A stretch of DNA of 64,000 nt from Cardiobacteriaceae bacterium (GCA_030529365.1 JAUMXB010000008.1:8271-72270), one strand, 5' to 3'. Shown: positions 29,099 to 39,996, counted from the first letter of the stretch. Numbers and translations: made by a program. The notes: generated by a model from the sequence alone, not told the origin.

Positions 29099-30832
29099 AT
29101 GAAAAATTACGACGGACTGGCAGCCTCCTCCGGCATCGGCATCGGCAAAGCCTGGATTTTTACCCCGCAAAACCCGGTGGTGGACAGCACGCCAGCCGCA
29201 GATCCCGAGGCGGAACTGGCAGCCTTCCGTGCCGCGCAGCAACGTGTGGATGCCCATCTGGAAGCGCTTTATGAGCGCGTGCTCGCCGAGCAGGGCGAAG
29301 ACGAAGCGGCCATTTTTGAAAGCCACCGCGAGCTGCTGCACGACGACGAACTGGAAAGCGACGTCAAAAGCCGCATCCGCGACGAAAAGCAGCGTGCCAC
29401 GCTTGCCGTCAAGGAAGCACTTGATGATGCCGCTGCCACCATGCGTGCCCTCGATGACGATTACTTGCGCGAGCGCGCCGCCGAATTTGAAGACCTGCGG
29501 CAGAACCTGCTGCTCGCGCTGAACGGCATGCCCTTTGCCTCGCTGGCCGATGCGCCCGCGGGCAGCATCGTCTTTGCCCGCGACCTCTCGCCAAGCGAAA
29601 CCGCACAGCTCAATCCTGCGCAAATCCAGGGATTCGTGCTCGAACACGGCGGGCTGACCAGCCACGTCGCCATTCTCGCGCGCAACATCGGCCTGCCCGC
29701 CGTCATGGGCATCAGCCATATCCTGCAAACCATCGAAAATGGCGCTGATGTCATCATTGATGGCGACAAGGGACAACTGATCGTGCAGCCGGATGATGCC
29801 ACCCTGACGCTCACCAAACGCAAGCAGCAGGAACAAAACGCGCGCAAGGCCGAATACGCCAAGCTCCGCGACCAAAGCGCCATTACCACCGACGGCCGCC
29901 GCTTCCCGCTCTTCACCAACATCGGATCAGCCAAGGACCTGCATCTGGTGGATGACAACGGCGCGGAAGGCGTTGGCCTGTTCCGCAGCGAATTCCTCTT
30001 CATGGAAAATCCCACCGCGCCCAGCGAAGAGCGGCAATACCAGGAATACCGCAAGGTTGTCGAACACCTGAAAGGCAAACCTGTCATCCTGCGCCTGCTT
30101 GACGTGGGCGGCGACAAGCCCTTGCCTTACCTCGATGCCCCGGAAGAAGAAAACCCCTTCCTCGGCTGGCGCGGCGTGCGGCTCTATGCCGCCAACCTGC
30201 CCATCTTCCACAGCCAGATTCGCGCCGCCCTGCGCGCCTGTGCGCATGGCAACCTGTGGCTGATGATCCCGATGATCATCAGTCTGGACGAACTGCGCTG
30301 GGTAAAAGCGCAAATCGCCGAACAGCGCGAACTCATGCAAAAAGAAGGCATTGCCGTGGGCGAGCAGCTCAAGGTCGGCGTGATGATCGAAACGCCCGCT
30401 GCTGCCATCATTGCCCGCCAGCTCGCCAAGGAAGCGGACTTCTTCAGCATTGGCAGCAACGACCTCACCCAGTACACGCTCGCCGTCGATCGCGGCAACG
30501 TACAGGTCGCCCCGCTTTACGACAGCCTGCATCCGGCCGTGTTGTCGCTGATGAAAAAATCCTGTGATGCCGCGCACCATGCCGGTATCGACATCGGCAT
30601 CTGCGGCGAAATGGGCAGCGACCTGCAAGCCACGCCGCTCCTCATCGGCATGGGATTCAACGAAATCTCCATCTCTGGCCGCCGCCTGCCTGCCGTGAAA
30701 TACGCCCTGCGCCATTTCCCCTACCAGGCCTGCCGCGCCCTGCTCGCCGAAGCGATCACGCTTGATAACGCCGAAGCCGTGCGCAAGCGCGTTGCCGCCT
30801 TCCAGCGCCAATACCTGCCGGAAGAAGCGTAA
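29099..30832 (+). CDS. ptsI: phosphoenolpyruvate-protein phosphotransferase (Enzyme I)
   Basis: 577 aa; phospho-His region ..GGLTSHVAILARNIGLPAV.., PEP-utilising C-terminal domain. Confidence 0.95.
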   Translation: MKNYDGLAASSGIGIGKAWIFTPQNPVVDSTPAADPEAELAAFRAAQQRVDAHLEALYERVLAEQGEDEAAIFESHRELLHDDELESDVKSRIRDEKQRATLAVKEALDDAAATMRALDDDYLRERAAEFEDLRQNLLLALNGMPFASLADAPAGSIVFARDLSPSETAQLNPAQIQGFVLEHGGLTSHVAILARNIGLPAVMGISHILQTIENGADVIIDGDKGQLIVQPDDATLTLTKRKQQEQNARKAEYAKLRDQSAITTDGRRFPLFTNIGSAKDLHLVDDNGAEGVGLFRSEFLFMENPTAPSEERQYQEYRKVVEHLKGKPVILRLLDVGGDKPLPYLDAPEEENPFLGWRGVRLYAANLPIFHSQIRAALRACAHGNLWLMIPMIISLDELRWVKAQIAEQRELMQKEGIAVGEQLKVGVMIETPAAAIIARQLAKEADFFSIGSNDLTQYTLAVDRGNVQVAPLYDSLHPAVLSLMKKSCDAAHHAGIDIGICGEMGSDLQATPLLIGMGFNEISISGRRLPAVKYALRHFPYQACRALLAEAITLDNAEAVRKRVAAFQRQYLPEEA

Positions 30833-30872
30833 AAATGCAGGGTGGGCTTTGCCCCACCATCGTGAAACGATT

Positions 30873-30906
30873 GTAGGTCGGCCACGTTGTGGCCGGCCTT
30901 TTTATA
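30873..30906 (+). terminator. rho-independent terminator after ptsI
   Basis: TAGGTCGGCCAC-GTT-GTGGCCGGCCTTTTTAT. Confidence 0.55.
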
Positions 30907-30982
30907 AACCCAGAACCGTGGATGGGTGTCAATCCATGCGGTTTGCAATTTGGCGACATATGCTGGCGTGAAATCGCTTCGC

Positions 30983-31048
30983 AGTTTCCCCTTCCCTAAT
31001 CGGCTCCACAGCTCTGACGAGCCCCGCAAGCGGGAGAAGGGTTGCTGG
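30983..31048 (+). repeat. type-2 repeat, partial copy c flanked by 10-bp direct repeat
   Basis: AGTTTCCCCTTCCCTAATCGGCTCCACAGCTCTGACGAGCCCCGCAAGCGGGAGAAGGGTTGCTGG matches the 3' ~65 bp of type-2; flanked by identical ATCGCTTCGC at 30973-30982 and 31049-31058. Confidence 0.6.
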
Positions 31049-31096
31049 ATCGCTTCGCCATACCGCATGGGCTGTGGTTGTTTTGTCAGTTTGCAA

Positions 31097-31181
31097 TGAG
31101 ATTTTTTATCATTAATAAGCGCTTATATCGATAAAATTTCTCATCATAAGCGCTTATGTTTGGTAAAAAAATACTATTTTT
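31097..31181. repeat. type-1 palindromic-unit repeat, copy 12
   Basis: GAGATTTTTTATCATTAATAAGCGCTTATATCGATAAAATTTCTCATCATAAGCGCTTATGTTTGGTAAAAAAATACTATTTTTG. Confidence 0.8.
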
Positions 31182-31219
31182 GCTTGAATCGTGTAAAACC
31201 ATAAAAACCAACAAAAACA

Positions 31220-31247
31220 TTGACCCATTCCAAACACGGCGTATAAT
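31220..31247 (+). promoter_or_regulatory. sigma70 promoter of DEAD-box helicase gene
   Basis: TTGACC-N16-TATAAT; leaves a ~180-nt 5' leader, as is common for cold-induced DEAD-box helicase genes. Confidence 0.55.
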
Positions 31248-31429
31248 GCGCCCCCTTCGCTCATCGCCCGCGATCTTTTGGTGCGTTCGCACCCGTTCAA
31301 GACCAGCCAAGCCGCTGCCTTTTTCCGATTGTTGCCGATGAATTTCGCCGCGTCCGCGGCCTACCGGCAACCCGCATCTCTTCGTCTTCCCGACGCCGCA
31401 ATGCCTTGCCTTATCAAGGACTCTTACCC

Positions 31430-32749
<1,320 letters not shown>

Positions 32750-32767
32750 TCGTTATCCCCCACTGGC

Positions 32768-32802
32768 AAAAAAACGGTAGCCCAGGCTACCGTTTTTTAT
32801 GG
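32768..32802 (+). terminator. rho-independent terminator after rhlE
   Basis: AAAAAAACGGTAGC-CCAG-GCTACCGTTTTTTAT. Confidence 0.65.
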
Positions 32803-32823
32803 TGAAATCATCATAAAAACAGC

Positions 32824-32941
32824 CAAACCGTAGGTTGGTGGTGCATCTCGGCAAGCTCGATAACCGTGCGTAGCACGAACCCCAATATTTTGAGATTCAT
32901 TATGTTGGGGTTCGCCTGACGGCTCACCACCAACCTACATT
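32824..32941. repeat. type-3 nested-stem repeat, copy b
   Basis: GTAGGTTGGTGGTG..GAACCCCAA-N19-GTTGGGGTTC..CACCACCAACCTACAT; perfect 14-bp outer and 9-bp inner inverted repeats. Confidence 0.65.
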
Positions 32942-33000
32942 TCCGTTCTGCTTTTTATTGATTTGTTTATATAAAATGGGATAATTTCCCATTGTAATCT

Positions 33001-33062
33001 GATTTTATGATAATTTTTATCGCAATAAGCGCTTAATGATGGTAAAAAAATATCTATATTTG
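33001..33062. repeat. type-1 palindromic-unit repeat, copy 13 (single unit)
   Basis: GATTTTATGATAATTTTTATCGCAATAAGCGCTTAATGATGGTAAAAAAATATCTATATTTGG. Confidence 0.7.
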
Positions 33063-33068
33063 GTTAAT

Positions 33069-34130
33069 TTATGATTTTTTCCAGTAAGCCTTGATGCGGT
33101 TGTGCCGGCCATCGAGTTGATAGCGCTGGCGCAGATGATGGCGCACGACTTTGGCGGCGTGGTTTTCCAGTGCGCCCCATGCGGCATCGATGGCGGGCAG
33201 GCTGTCGATGAGAGCGGTAAGTTCCGTTGTCAGGCTGTCGTGATAGGCGAGGCGATGCAGGGCGCTGCCGGGCGGCAGGATGTCATCGCTGAGATACGCC
33301 TGTTCTTCCGGGTGGTGGGTGATGAGGATGACGGCGGGTGGCACAGGGTTTTGCCAATTTTCCAGCAGCGCGGCCACGGTTGAGAGCGCGGTTTCGTCGG
33401 CGATGAGCAGGGTTTGTCCATGGGCGAGATGGTCGGTATGCTCGCGGTAATCATGGATGCTGTGGATGATGTCGCCGCGCTTCAGGCTTTGCGCCCAGAG
33501 GCTGCCGGGGCTTTCCCCGTGCAGATAGATGTCGATGAGCAGATGGCCGTCGGCATTTTTGCCGCGCACGCTGTAATAGCGTTTGCCCTTGTTCATGCCG
33601 TCGAAGATTTTCTGGCGGCGCGCGGGCGACAGATGCTTCATGACGAGGAGGAACAGGCGGTTTGCCCATTGCATGACAAAGGAGAGACGCTCACGCGCGG
33701 CAGGCGTATTTTGCGGCAGCTTTTCCAGGGTTTTCAGGACGAAACACAGGGCATAACCCGGTTCGTCGGGCAGGGTGCCGGCGCTGTTGACGGCAAGACG
33801 CAGCAAACGCGGGGTGAGCATGGTGCGGCTTTGTACGGTGAAGTAGTGTTTTGTACTGGCGTCCAGCGGCTTGCCGGCGCGCACCATGGCGTCGTAGGCG
33901 AGATAGAGGATGTTTTCTTCGAGATCGCCTTTGAGCTGGAAGGGGATGTAGAGCGGTTCGCCTTCGCCGGTATCGATCAGGCAACCTTCCTGGTAGATAT
34001 CGATGAGGCGCGCGCTTTTGGCGTCGGCTTTGCCATAGGCGCGGGTGATGATCAAGAGTTCTTCGCTGTGGTCGTCGTTGATGTGGTCGAGGATGTCGGC
34101 TTTGTGTTGCGGGTCGGACAACGGGGTCAT
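33069..34130 (-). CDS. siderophore-interacting FAD-binding reductase (ViuB/SIP family) with N-terminal DUF2470-like segment
   Basis: 354 aa from Met230 of the track ORF (AGGAGA upstream); the longer track ORF overlaps the MFS gene out of frame; C-terminal SIP/FAD_binding_9 region. Confidence 0.7.
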   Translation of the reverse strand: MTPLSDPQHKADILDHINDDHSEELLIITRAYGKADAKSARLIDIYQEGCLIDTGEGEPLYIPFQLKGDLEENILYLAYDAMVRAGKPLDASTKHYFTVQSRTMLTPRLLRLAVNSAGTLPDEPGYALCFVLKTLEKLPQNTPAARERLSFVMQWANRLFLLVMKHLSPARRQKIFDGMNKGKRYYSVRGKNADGHLLIDIYLHGESPGSLWAQSLKRGDIIHSIHDYREHTDHLAHGQTLLIADETALSTVAALLENWQNPVPPAVILITHHPEEQAYLSDDILPPGSALHRLAYHDSLTTELTALIDSLPAIDAAWGALENHAAKVVRHHLRQRYQLDGRHNRIKAYWKKS

Positions 34131-35305
34131 GGGGTATCTCCTGAAACGGTGCGGCGGGCAAGGGTTGCGGCCACGAGTGGCGCGGTTGCAGAGAGCAGGA
34201 TAACGGGGGCATAACCGATGCAGTCGGCAAGCCACAATGCGGCAGCACCGGCGAGCAGGCCGCACAGCATGGCGGCGGCATTTTGGATGCCGTGCAGGGT
34301 GGCGGGTGTGTTGCTGGCAGCGGCTTTGTGCATCATCAGGGTGTTCACGCGAATATATAGCGGGCTGAAGCCGATGAAATAGGCGCTGATGGCTGCGTAT
34401 CCCCAAATTTTGCTGCCTGCGCCAAAGGCGATGGGCAGGAATGCGACGAGACACAGGGTAAAGAGACATGAGAGAGGCATTAGGCTTGGTTTCCGGCGGC
34501 GTAGCCATGACAAGAAAAGGGCGGTGGCGACAAGGCTGACTACGGAGCCGTAAATTTTGACGGCGCTGCCGATGTCTGCTTTTTCCCATTGGCGGTCGAT
34601 GAGCATAGGGGTCAAAAGGGCGAAAGGCGCGAAGGCGGTGGCATAGCAGGCAATGACGGCAAACCAGCGTCCGTTGCCGCGCCAGAATTGCCACATTTGC
34701 CGCCAGGGCAGGCGTGGCGGCGCTTTTTGCGGGAGTACGGGCGGGTCGCGCACGACAAGGAGCAGGACGGAGGCGGGGAGAGCCAAGGCGGCCAGCGTCA
34801 TGAGGCTGCCTTGCCATCCCAGGTGCGGATAGCTGAGCAGCAACAGGCCGCCGCCCAGAAGGTTGCCCGCCATGCCGCTCGCCATTTGGATGGCGTTGAC
34901 GGTTTGCCGCGTTTCCGGCGCAAGGCGGGTGCAGGCGAGGGCGTCGATAGCGCTATCTTGCTTGGCGGTGAGCACGGCGTAGCAAAAAAGGAGAACGGCA
35001 AGCGGCGCGAAGGCGCTATGCGGCGGCAGTTGCGCGGCAAGAAGTAGGCCAAGGAGCATGGCGATTTGCGCAGGCAGGAGAAAGCGGCGATAGAGTCTGT
35101 CGGGGGCGTGGGCGTGGCGATCGATGAGCGGAGCCCACAAGAATCGCGCGGAGATGGGAAGAAGAATGAGGTTGAGGATGGCGAGTTGGCTGAGCGAAGC
35201 GCCTTGCTCGCGCAGGATGGCGGCAAGGGCGACGCTGATGAAGGCGATGACGGTATATTGCCCGCCATAGAGCGCGGCAAAAAGCATCAGGAGTTTTTTG
35301 TTCAT
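34127..35305 (-). CDS. MFS transporter, RhtX/FptX-like siderophore importer family
   Basis: 392 aa, 12 predicted TM helices; family assignment from overall similarity and context (TBDR + SIP + AraC); ATGA overlap with SIP gene. Confidence 0.65.
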   Translation of the reverse strand: MNKKLLMLFAALYGGQYTVIAFISVALAAILREQGASLSQLAILNLILLPISARFLWAPLIDRHAHAPDRLYRRFLLPAQIAMLLGLLLAAQLPPHSAFAPLAVLLFCYAVLTAKQDSAIDALACTRLAPETRQTVNAIQMASGMAGNLLGGGLLLLSYPHLGWQGSLMTLAALALPASVLLLVVRDPPVLPQKAPPRLPWRQMWQFWRGNGRWFAVIACYATAFAPFALLTPMLIDRQWEKADIGSAVKIYGSVVSLVATALFLSWLRRRKPSLMPLSCLFTLCLVAFLPIAFGAGSKIWGYAAISAYFIGFSPLYIRVNTLMMHKAAASNTPATLHGIQNAAAMLCGLLAGAAALWLADCIGYAPVILLSATAPLVAATLARRTVSGDTP

Positions 35306-35316
35306 TTTTATAAAAT

Positions 35317-35372
35317 TTATAGTGATTTTTTACCGAGATAAGCGCTTATTAGTGGTAAAAAAATCACTATTT
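35317..35372. repeat. type-1 palindromic-unit repeat, copy 14 (minimal element)
   Basis: ATAGTGATTTTTTACC-GAG-ATAAGCGCTTAT-TAGT-GGTAAAAAAATCACTAT: perfect 16-bp terminal inverted repeats around one ATAAGCGCTTAT unit; fills the whole TBDR-MFS intergenic gap. Confidence 0.85.
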
Positions 35373-35373
35373 T

Positions 35374-37584
35374 TTATTCAAAATGGTATTTGAAAGCAAT
35401 GCCGTAGCTGCGACCTTCGCCAGGATAGCCGGTGGGCTCGGCAAAGCCGTCCGGCAAATAGGCGTAGCGGAAATAGCGGCGGTTGGTGAGGTTGCGTCCC
35501 CAGAGGAGAATTTCGCCTTTGCCGTTGGCGATGCCGAGCGAGGCGTCGATCAGGGTGTGGGCGGGCAGGGTGTAGCGGTTATTGGGTTCGGCGGCGCGTT
35601 TGCCGGTATGGGAGAGATCGGCGCGGGCGATGAGTTCGGCGTCGTTCACAAAGGAGAGCGGCAAGGCTTTGCGGTATTCCACGCCAAGACGCACGGCGAC
35701 GCGCGGTACTTGCGGGATGCGGTTGCCTTTGCGGGTGATGTTTTGCTCGGTTTTGCCGATGCGGGTGACTTCGGCGTTGGTCAAGCTCAGGGAACCGTCG
35801 AGGCGCAGGCCGGGCGTGATGCGGTATTCGCCGCTGACTTCCACGCCCTGGCTGCGTGTATCGACGTTGAAAGATTCAGTGAGGAAACTCGGGTAGAGGG
35901 CCACGCTGATTTTGTCGTTTTTGACGCGGTTGTGGAAAAGGGCGCTGGCGAAGGTGAAGCGCTCGCCTTCGCCTTTCACGCCGATTTCGAAGGCGTCGAT
36001 ATGGCCGGCGTGGTAGGGTGTGTCGCTTTTGCCGTAGGCGAGGTTGGTGGAAAAGTCGCTAAAGCCTGCCGATTTGTGGCCGCGCGAGTAGAGGCCGTAG
36101 AGGTGCCAGTCGGGGGTGAAAGCGTAGTCGAGACCGAGGCGGCCAGTGAGCGCGGTGTGGCTGATGTTTTGCGCGTCGCTTTGTGCGCCGTTTGCACCGA
36201 GCGGATTGCCGGGATTGGGATGCCATTCGGCACGGTAGCGCGTTTTTTCATGCGCAAGGCGCGCGCCGGTGATGATTTTGACGTTTTCGCCGACAGGCCA
36301 GGTGGCTTCGCCGAAGATCGCCTGGCCGCTTGTGCGATAGCGGCGATGGAGTTCGGCGTTGTAGGCGTCGGCATTGAGCGGCGGCATGGGCGCGGGGAGA
36401 GGGAGAAGGTTGCGCCGCGCGTCGTAGCGGAAATCGCGTTGCCGCTCCTGGAGGTAGAGTCCTGCTACCCATTGCACAGGTGCGTCGGGCAGGGCAGTGA
36501 AGCGGAATTCCTGCTCGATTTGGCGTACGCGGTCGTGCTGATGCTGGCGGTTGTTGGCGGTTTGATTGAAGAAGGCGTCAAGTTTGGGCTGCAATGGCGC
36601 GGGAACATTGAGCAGGCGATAACGGGCGGGCAGGCCGTCGAGGGTGAGATAGCCGGTGCGCAGGTGGCCGTCGTGATCGCTGTAGCGCGTGAGCGAGTCG
36701 AAGCGGAAATGTGCGCTTTCATGATGCACATCGAGATGTGCGCCCGTGCTGTCGCGGCGGCTGCGGTAATCCAGCGCGCCCTTGGCAAATTGCGGTGTTT
36801 TGTCGATCGGCGGAAACAGCATGAGGGGGAGGAAATTGTTTTTGCGGTCGTGATAGAGGGTGAAGAGCAAGTCGGTGGCGGGCGCAATCTGCCAACGGAA
36901 TTTGCCGCGAATGCCCGTGCTGCGCTGGGTATTGAGCGTTTTACCGGTGGCACGCTCGCGCACGTAGTCGTCGCGCCATTCGCCCATGGCTGCTACACGC
37001 GCAGCCATGTTTTCATTGAGCGGGATATTGACGGCGGTTTTCAGCTGCTTCAGATGGTTGTTGCCAAGTCCGGCTTCGATGTCGGCGGCAAAGTGCGCTT
37101 CAGGATCGCGGCTGTGGATATTGACGATGCCGACTTCGGCGTTGTGGCCGTAAAGCGTGCCTTGCGGGCCTTTGCCAATTTCGATGCCGTCGATGTCGTA
37201 GAGATTGCGGGCAAGGCCGAAAACGCCCTGTGACGCGCCATCAAAGCGCAAGCCCACGGTGTTGTCATCGAGCGAGGCGTGCGAGAGCGAGCCGGTACCG
37301 CGTACCCACAAAAAAGAATTGCCGGGGTCGCCGCCGCTTATGATTTCGATGCCCGGCGTGTGGCGGATGCTGTCTTCGGCGGCGCGAAATTGGCGGCGTT
37401 CGATGGTTTCCTGATCCAGGGTTTGCACGGAAAGCGGCACGGCCACGCTGCTTTCACTGATGCCGCGTACTCGCACGACGATGGGATCGAGCACAACGGT
37501 ATCGCTGGCATCATGATGCTCTTGGGCATGGACAGCGCCCAGTACGGCAAGGATCGCAGTGGCGAGCAGGGTTTGGCGAGGCAT
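35374..37584 (-). CDS. TonB-dependent siderophore receptor
   Basis: 736 aa; signal peptide, TonB box-like DTVVLDPIVV, plug and 22-strand barrel regions. Confidence 0.9.
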   Translation of the reverse strand: MPRQTLLATAILAVLGAVHAQEHHDASDTVVLDPIVVRVRGISESSVAVPLSVQTLDQETIERRQFRAAEDSIRHTPGIEIISGGDPGNSFLWVRGTGSLSHASLDDNTVGLRFDGASQGVFGLARNLYDIDGIEIGKGPQGTLYGHNAEVGIVNIHSRDPEAHFAADIEAGLGNNHLKQLKTAVNIPLNENMAARVAAMGEWRDDYVRERATGKTLNTQRSTGIRGKFRWQIAPATDLLFTLYHDRKNNFLPLMLFPPIDKTPQFAKGALDYRSRRDSTGAHLDVHHESAHFRFDSLTRYSDHDGHLRTGYLTLDGLPARYRLLNVPAPLQPKLDAFFNQTANNRQHQHDRVRQIEQEFRFTALPDAPVQWVAGLYLQERQRDFRYDARRNLLPLPAPMPPLNADAYNAELHRRYRTSGQAIFGEATWPVGENVKIITGARLAHEKTRYRAEWHPNPGNPLGANGAQSDAQNISHTALTGRLGLDYAFTPDWHLYGLYSRGHKSAGFSDFSTNLAYGKSDTPYHAGHIDAFEIGVKGEGERFTFASALFHNRVKNDKISVALYPSFLTESFNVDTRSQGVEVSGEYRITPGLRLDGSLSLTNAEVTRIGKTEQNITRKGNRIPQVPRVAVRLGVEYRKALPLSFVNDAELIARADLSHTGKRAAEPNNRYTLPAHTLIDASLGIANGKGEILLWGRNLTNRRYFRYAYLPDGFAEPTGYPGEGRSYGIAFKYHFE

Positions 37585-37598
37585 GAAGGTCTCCTGAA

Positions 37599-37624
37599 AG
37601 CAAATGAGATTGCATTCTATTTGT
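37599..37624. promoter_or_regulatory. candidate Fur box upstream of TonB-dependent receptor gene
   Basis: CAAATGAGATTGCATTCTATTTG resembles GATAATGATAATCATTATC (ATGA-N-T-CATT core), 15-40 nt upstream of the receptor start. Confidence 0.45.
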
Positions 37625-37679
37625 CAATCTTGCCGATTTTTAAGAAAAAAGCGGAATTTTTGCGAAAAAATCAGGAAAC

Positions 37680-38633
37680 TTATTGAATAAAATAATCTTT
37701 TGGTTGATAGCCGAAATGGCGGGCAAAGACTTTGCTGAAATATTGAACATTGTCATAACCGCTTTGAGTTGCGGCTTGCTGCAAACTCGCTCCGCCTGCC
37801 AGCAATGACAGGGCGAGACGCATGCGTGCTTCGCGCGCATAAGCGGCAATGGTCATGCCGGTGGTGCGCTTGAAAGCGCGTTTCAGATCGCATTCGTTCA
37901 ATCCTACGCGCCGCGCCAATCGCGGAATGGTGAGGCGTTCCTGGCAGTGCTCGTCCAGGATTTGTCGCGCATGATTGACCGCTTGCGCTTCATGGCTGCG
38001 CGCATGTGCGGGATGATCGGGGGCAAGCAGGGCGGCAAGCAGCGTGAGTGCAGCCCCTTCCAGGCGCAGCAAATCCAGCTCGTTTTGTGCACAGGGCAGT
38101 TGCAGCAAATGGCGGGCATGATGCAGCAGACGTGCTTCGACATGCGGCAGAAGATGAATGCGCGTGGCCGGCGGGTCGTGAAAAAAGGCCGCCGCTTCGC
38201 TCGTGCCTTGTGGCGCCAATTGTGCGCAAAGCGCGGGCACGAAATCGAGCGAGATGATGCTGATGCGTCGTCCGGCGGGCAAGTGAATACGGGTTTTGCC
38301 AAATTCGCCCTTGCGCAGCGCGATTTGCGGCGGATGGATATCGCGCGGCGCGTTTTCGCTTTCGATTTCCAGACGATGCCTGCCGGCAAGCAGAATATTG
38401 ACGCCGAAAAAATGCAAAGGCATGTGGCTGTCAATGACTTGTGCAGTGCTCAGCACATAGTCGCCGCGGCCGAGAATCACGCGCCCGAAATCGTAAAGAT
38501 CAACGAAGCCCCGTCCCTGCTCGGGCTTTAGCGTGCTGATCTGATAATGCGGCGCGGGCGCGGACTCCGGGCTGTGCAGACCGAGTTCGGCAATGGCTTT
38601 GCGATGGGCGTCGAGAAAAGCGGATTCGTTCAT
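37680..38633 (-). CDS. AraC family transcriptional regulator (PchR/YbtA-like siderophore regulator)
   Basis: 317 aa from Met50 (alternative Met41 at 38660); C-terminal double HTH ..YAREARMRLALSLL..SGYDNVQYFSKVFARHFG.. Confidence 0.8.
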   Translation of the reverse strand: MNESAFLDAHRKAIAELGLHSPESAPAPHYQISTLKPEQGRGFVDLYDFGRVILGRGDYVLSTAQVIDSHMPLHFFGVNILLAGRHRLEIESENAPRDIHPPQIALRKGEFGKTRIHLPAGRRISIISLDFVPALCAQLAPQGTSEAAAFFHDPPATRIHLLPHVEARLLHHARHLLQLPCAQNELDLLRLEGAALTLLAALLAPDHPAHARSHEAQAVNHARQILDEHCQERLTIPRLARRVGLNECDLKRAFKRTTGMTIAAYAREARMRLALSLLAGGASLQQAATQSGYDNVQYFSKVFARHFGYQPKDYFIQ

Positions 38634-38766
38634 GATCGGAAAAAAGTAAAACGCGGGCATTTTACGCCATGCCCGCCCTGATTTGCCTGATTGGCACTTT
38701 TTGCTTTGCCAAAGACGGCTTTTCTGTAAAAATTCGCCCCTGTCGCGACCGTCTATTCCAAAAATA

Positions 38767-39996
38767 ATGAAAAAAACCACCCGTATTCTTGCCCTGTGCT
38801 GCTTTTTTGCCTGGATTGCCGGCGGCGGATGGTGGCTGTATTACAGCGCGCCGGCGCATACGCCGCTTGCGGAAATCCTGGGCGATGTGCGCCAGATTGC
38901 GCGCACCGCGCCTGCCATGGAGCGCGCCCATCTCATCGCGCTGGCCGATCGCCTGGAAACCGAACTCAGCGACAGCGACCAGGCACACGCGCAATACAAA
39001 ATGCACCGCGCCATCTATCTGCTTGGCATCACGCTGGGGCTGGCCGCGCTGCTTTTCTGGTACGCCCGTTTCTATATCAGCCTTGATCGCCGCGTGAGCA
39101 GCCGCACGGCCGATCTGAAACAGGCCTACGACGACCTCGCCGCTTCGCAGATGCGCCTCATCCATGCGGAAAAAATGGCGACGCTCGGGCAAATGGTGGC
39201 GGGCGTGTCGCACGAAATCAACACGCCGCTCGGCTATGTCAACAACAACCTCTACATCCTGCAAGGCCTGCTCAAGGACTACAACCACGTCATCGATGAA
39301 GCGCTGCTTCTGAACCAGCTCCTGCAAGACCCGGAACACGATTCCAGCCAGATCAACCTTTCCATCCAGACGCTGGCCCACCATGCCAGCGCTTTCGCCA
39401 GCCAGGACGGCCGCCTGGAATCCGATCAGCTCTTTGCCGATACCCTTTTTGGCTTGAAGCAGATCAGCGAACTGGTGCAGAACCTGAAAAATTTCTCGCG
39501 CCTCGACGAAGACAAGATCAAGACCGTCAACCTCAACCACTGCATTGATACCGCGCTCAATATCGCGCAAAGCAATCTGAAGAAAATCCGCGTCATCCCG
39601 CGCTACCGCGACAAAACGCTGCCGCCGGTGCGCTGCGCGCCGGCGCAGATCAACCAGGTGCTGCTCAACCTCATCAATAATGCCGCGCAGGCCGCGGACA
39701 AACCCGACGCCCATCTCATCATCGACACGGGCTGCACGCCCAACAGCGTGCATATCGACCTGATCGACAATGGCAGCGGCATTGATCGCGACAAGCAGAA
39801 AAAAATCTTCGAGCCTTTCTATACCACCAAGCCGGCAGGCGAGGGCACTGGTCTGGGCCTGCCCATCTGCCAGAAAATCGTGGAAGAGCACGGCGGCAAA
39901 ATCCAGCTCGACAGCAAACCCGGGCGCGGCAGCGTCTTCCGCATCAACTTGCCGCGCGACATCCTGCGCAAGCAGGGAGACGATCTGTTCTTCTGA
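38767..39996 (+). CDS. sensor histidine kinase (orphan; no response regulator adjacent)
   Basis: 409 aa from Met29; two N-terminal TM helices, HisKA H-box ..AGVSHEINTPLGY.., HATPase_c G-boxes ..DNGSGI.., ..GEGTGLGLPICQ.. Confidence 0.85.
   Translation: MKKTTRILALCCFFAWIAGGGWWLYYSAPAHTPLAEILGDVRQIARTAPAMERAHLIALADRLETELSDSDQAHAQYKMHRAIYLLGITLGLAALLFWYARFYISLDRRVSSRTADLKQAYDDLAASQMRLIHAEKMATLGQMVAGVSHEINTPLGYVNNNLYILQGLLKDYNHVIDEALLLNQLLQDPEHDSSQINLSIQTLAHHASAFASQDGRLESDQLFADTLFGLKQISELVQNLKNFSRLDEDKIKTVNLNHCIDTALNIAQSNLKKIRVIPRYRDKTLPPVRCAPAQINQVLLNLINNAAQAADKPDAHLIIDTGCTPNSVHIDLIDNGSGIDRDKQKKIFEPFYTTKPAGEGTGLGLPICQKIVEEHGGKIQLDSKPGRGSVFRINLPRDILRKQGDDLFF

Noticed and set aside
37680-38780. 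Full 366-aa track ORF for the AraC regulator
   Set aside because: The N-terminal 40-50 codons have no homology and run through a GCGGGCAT..ATGCCCGC hairpin. An internal Met (38633 or 38660) gives a typical ~317-326 aa AraC protein.
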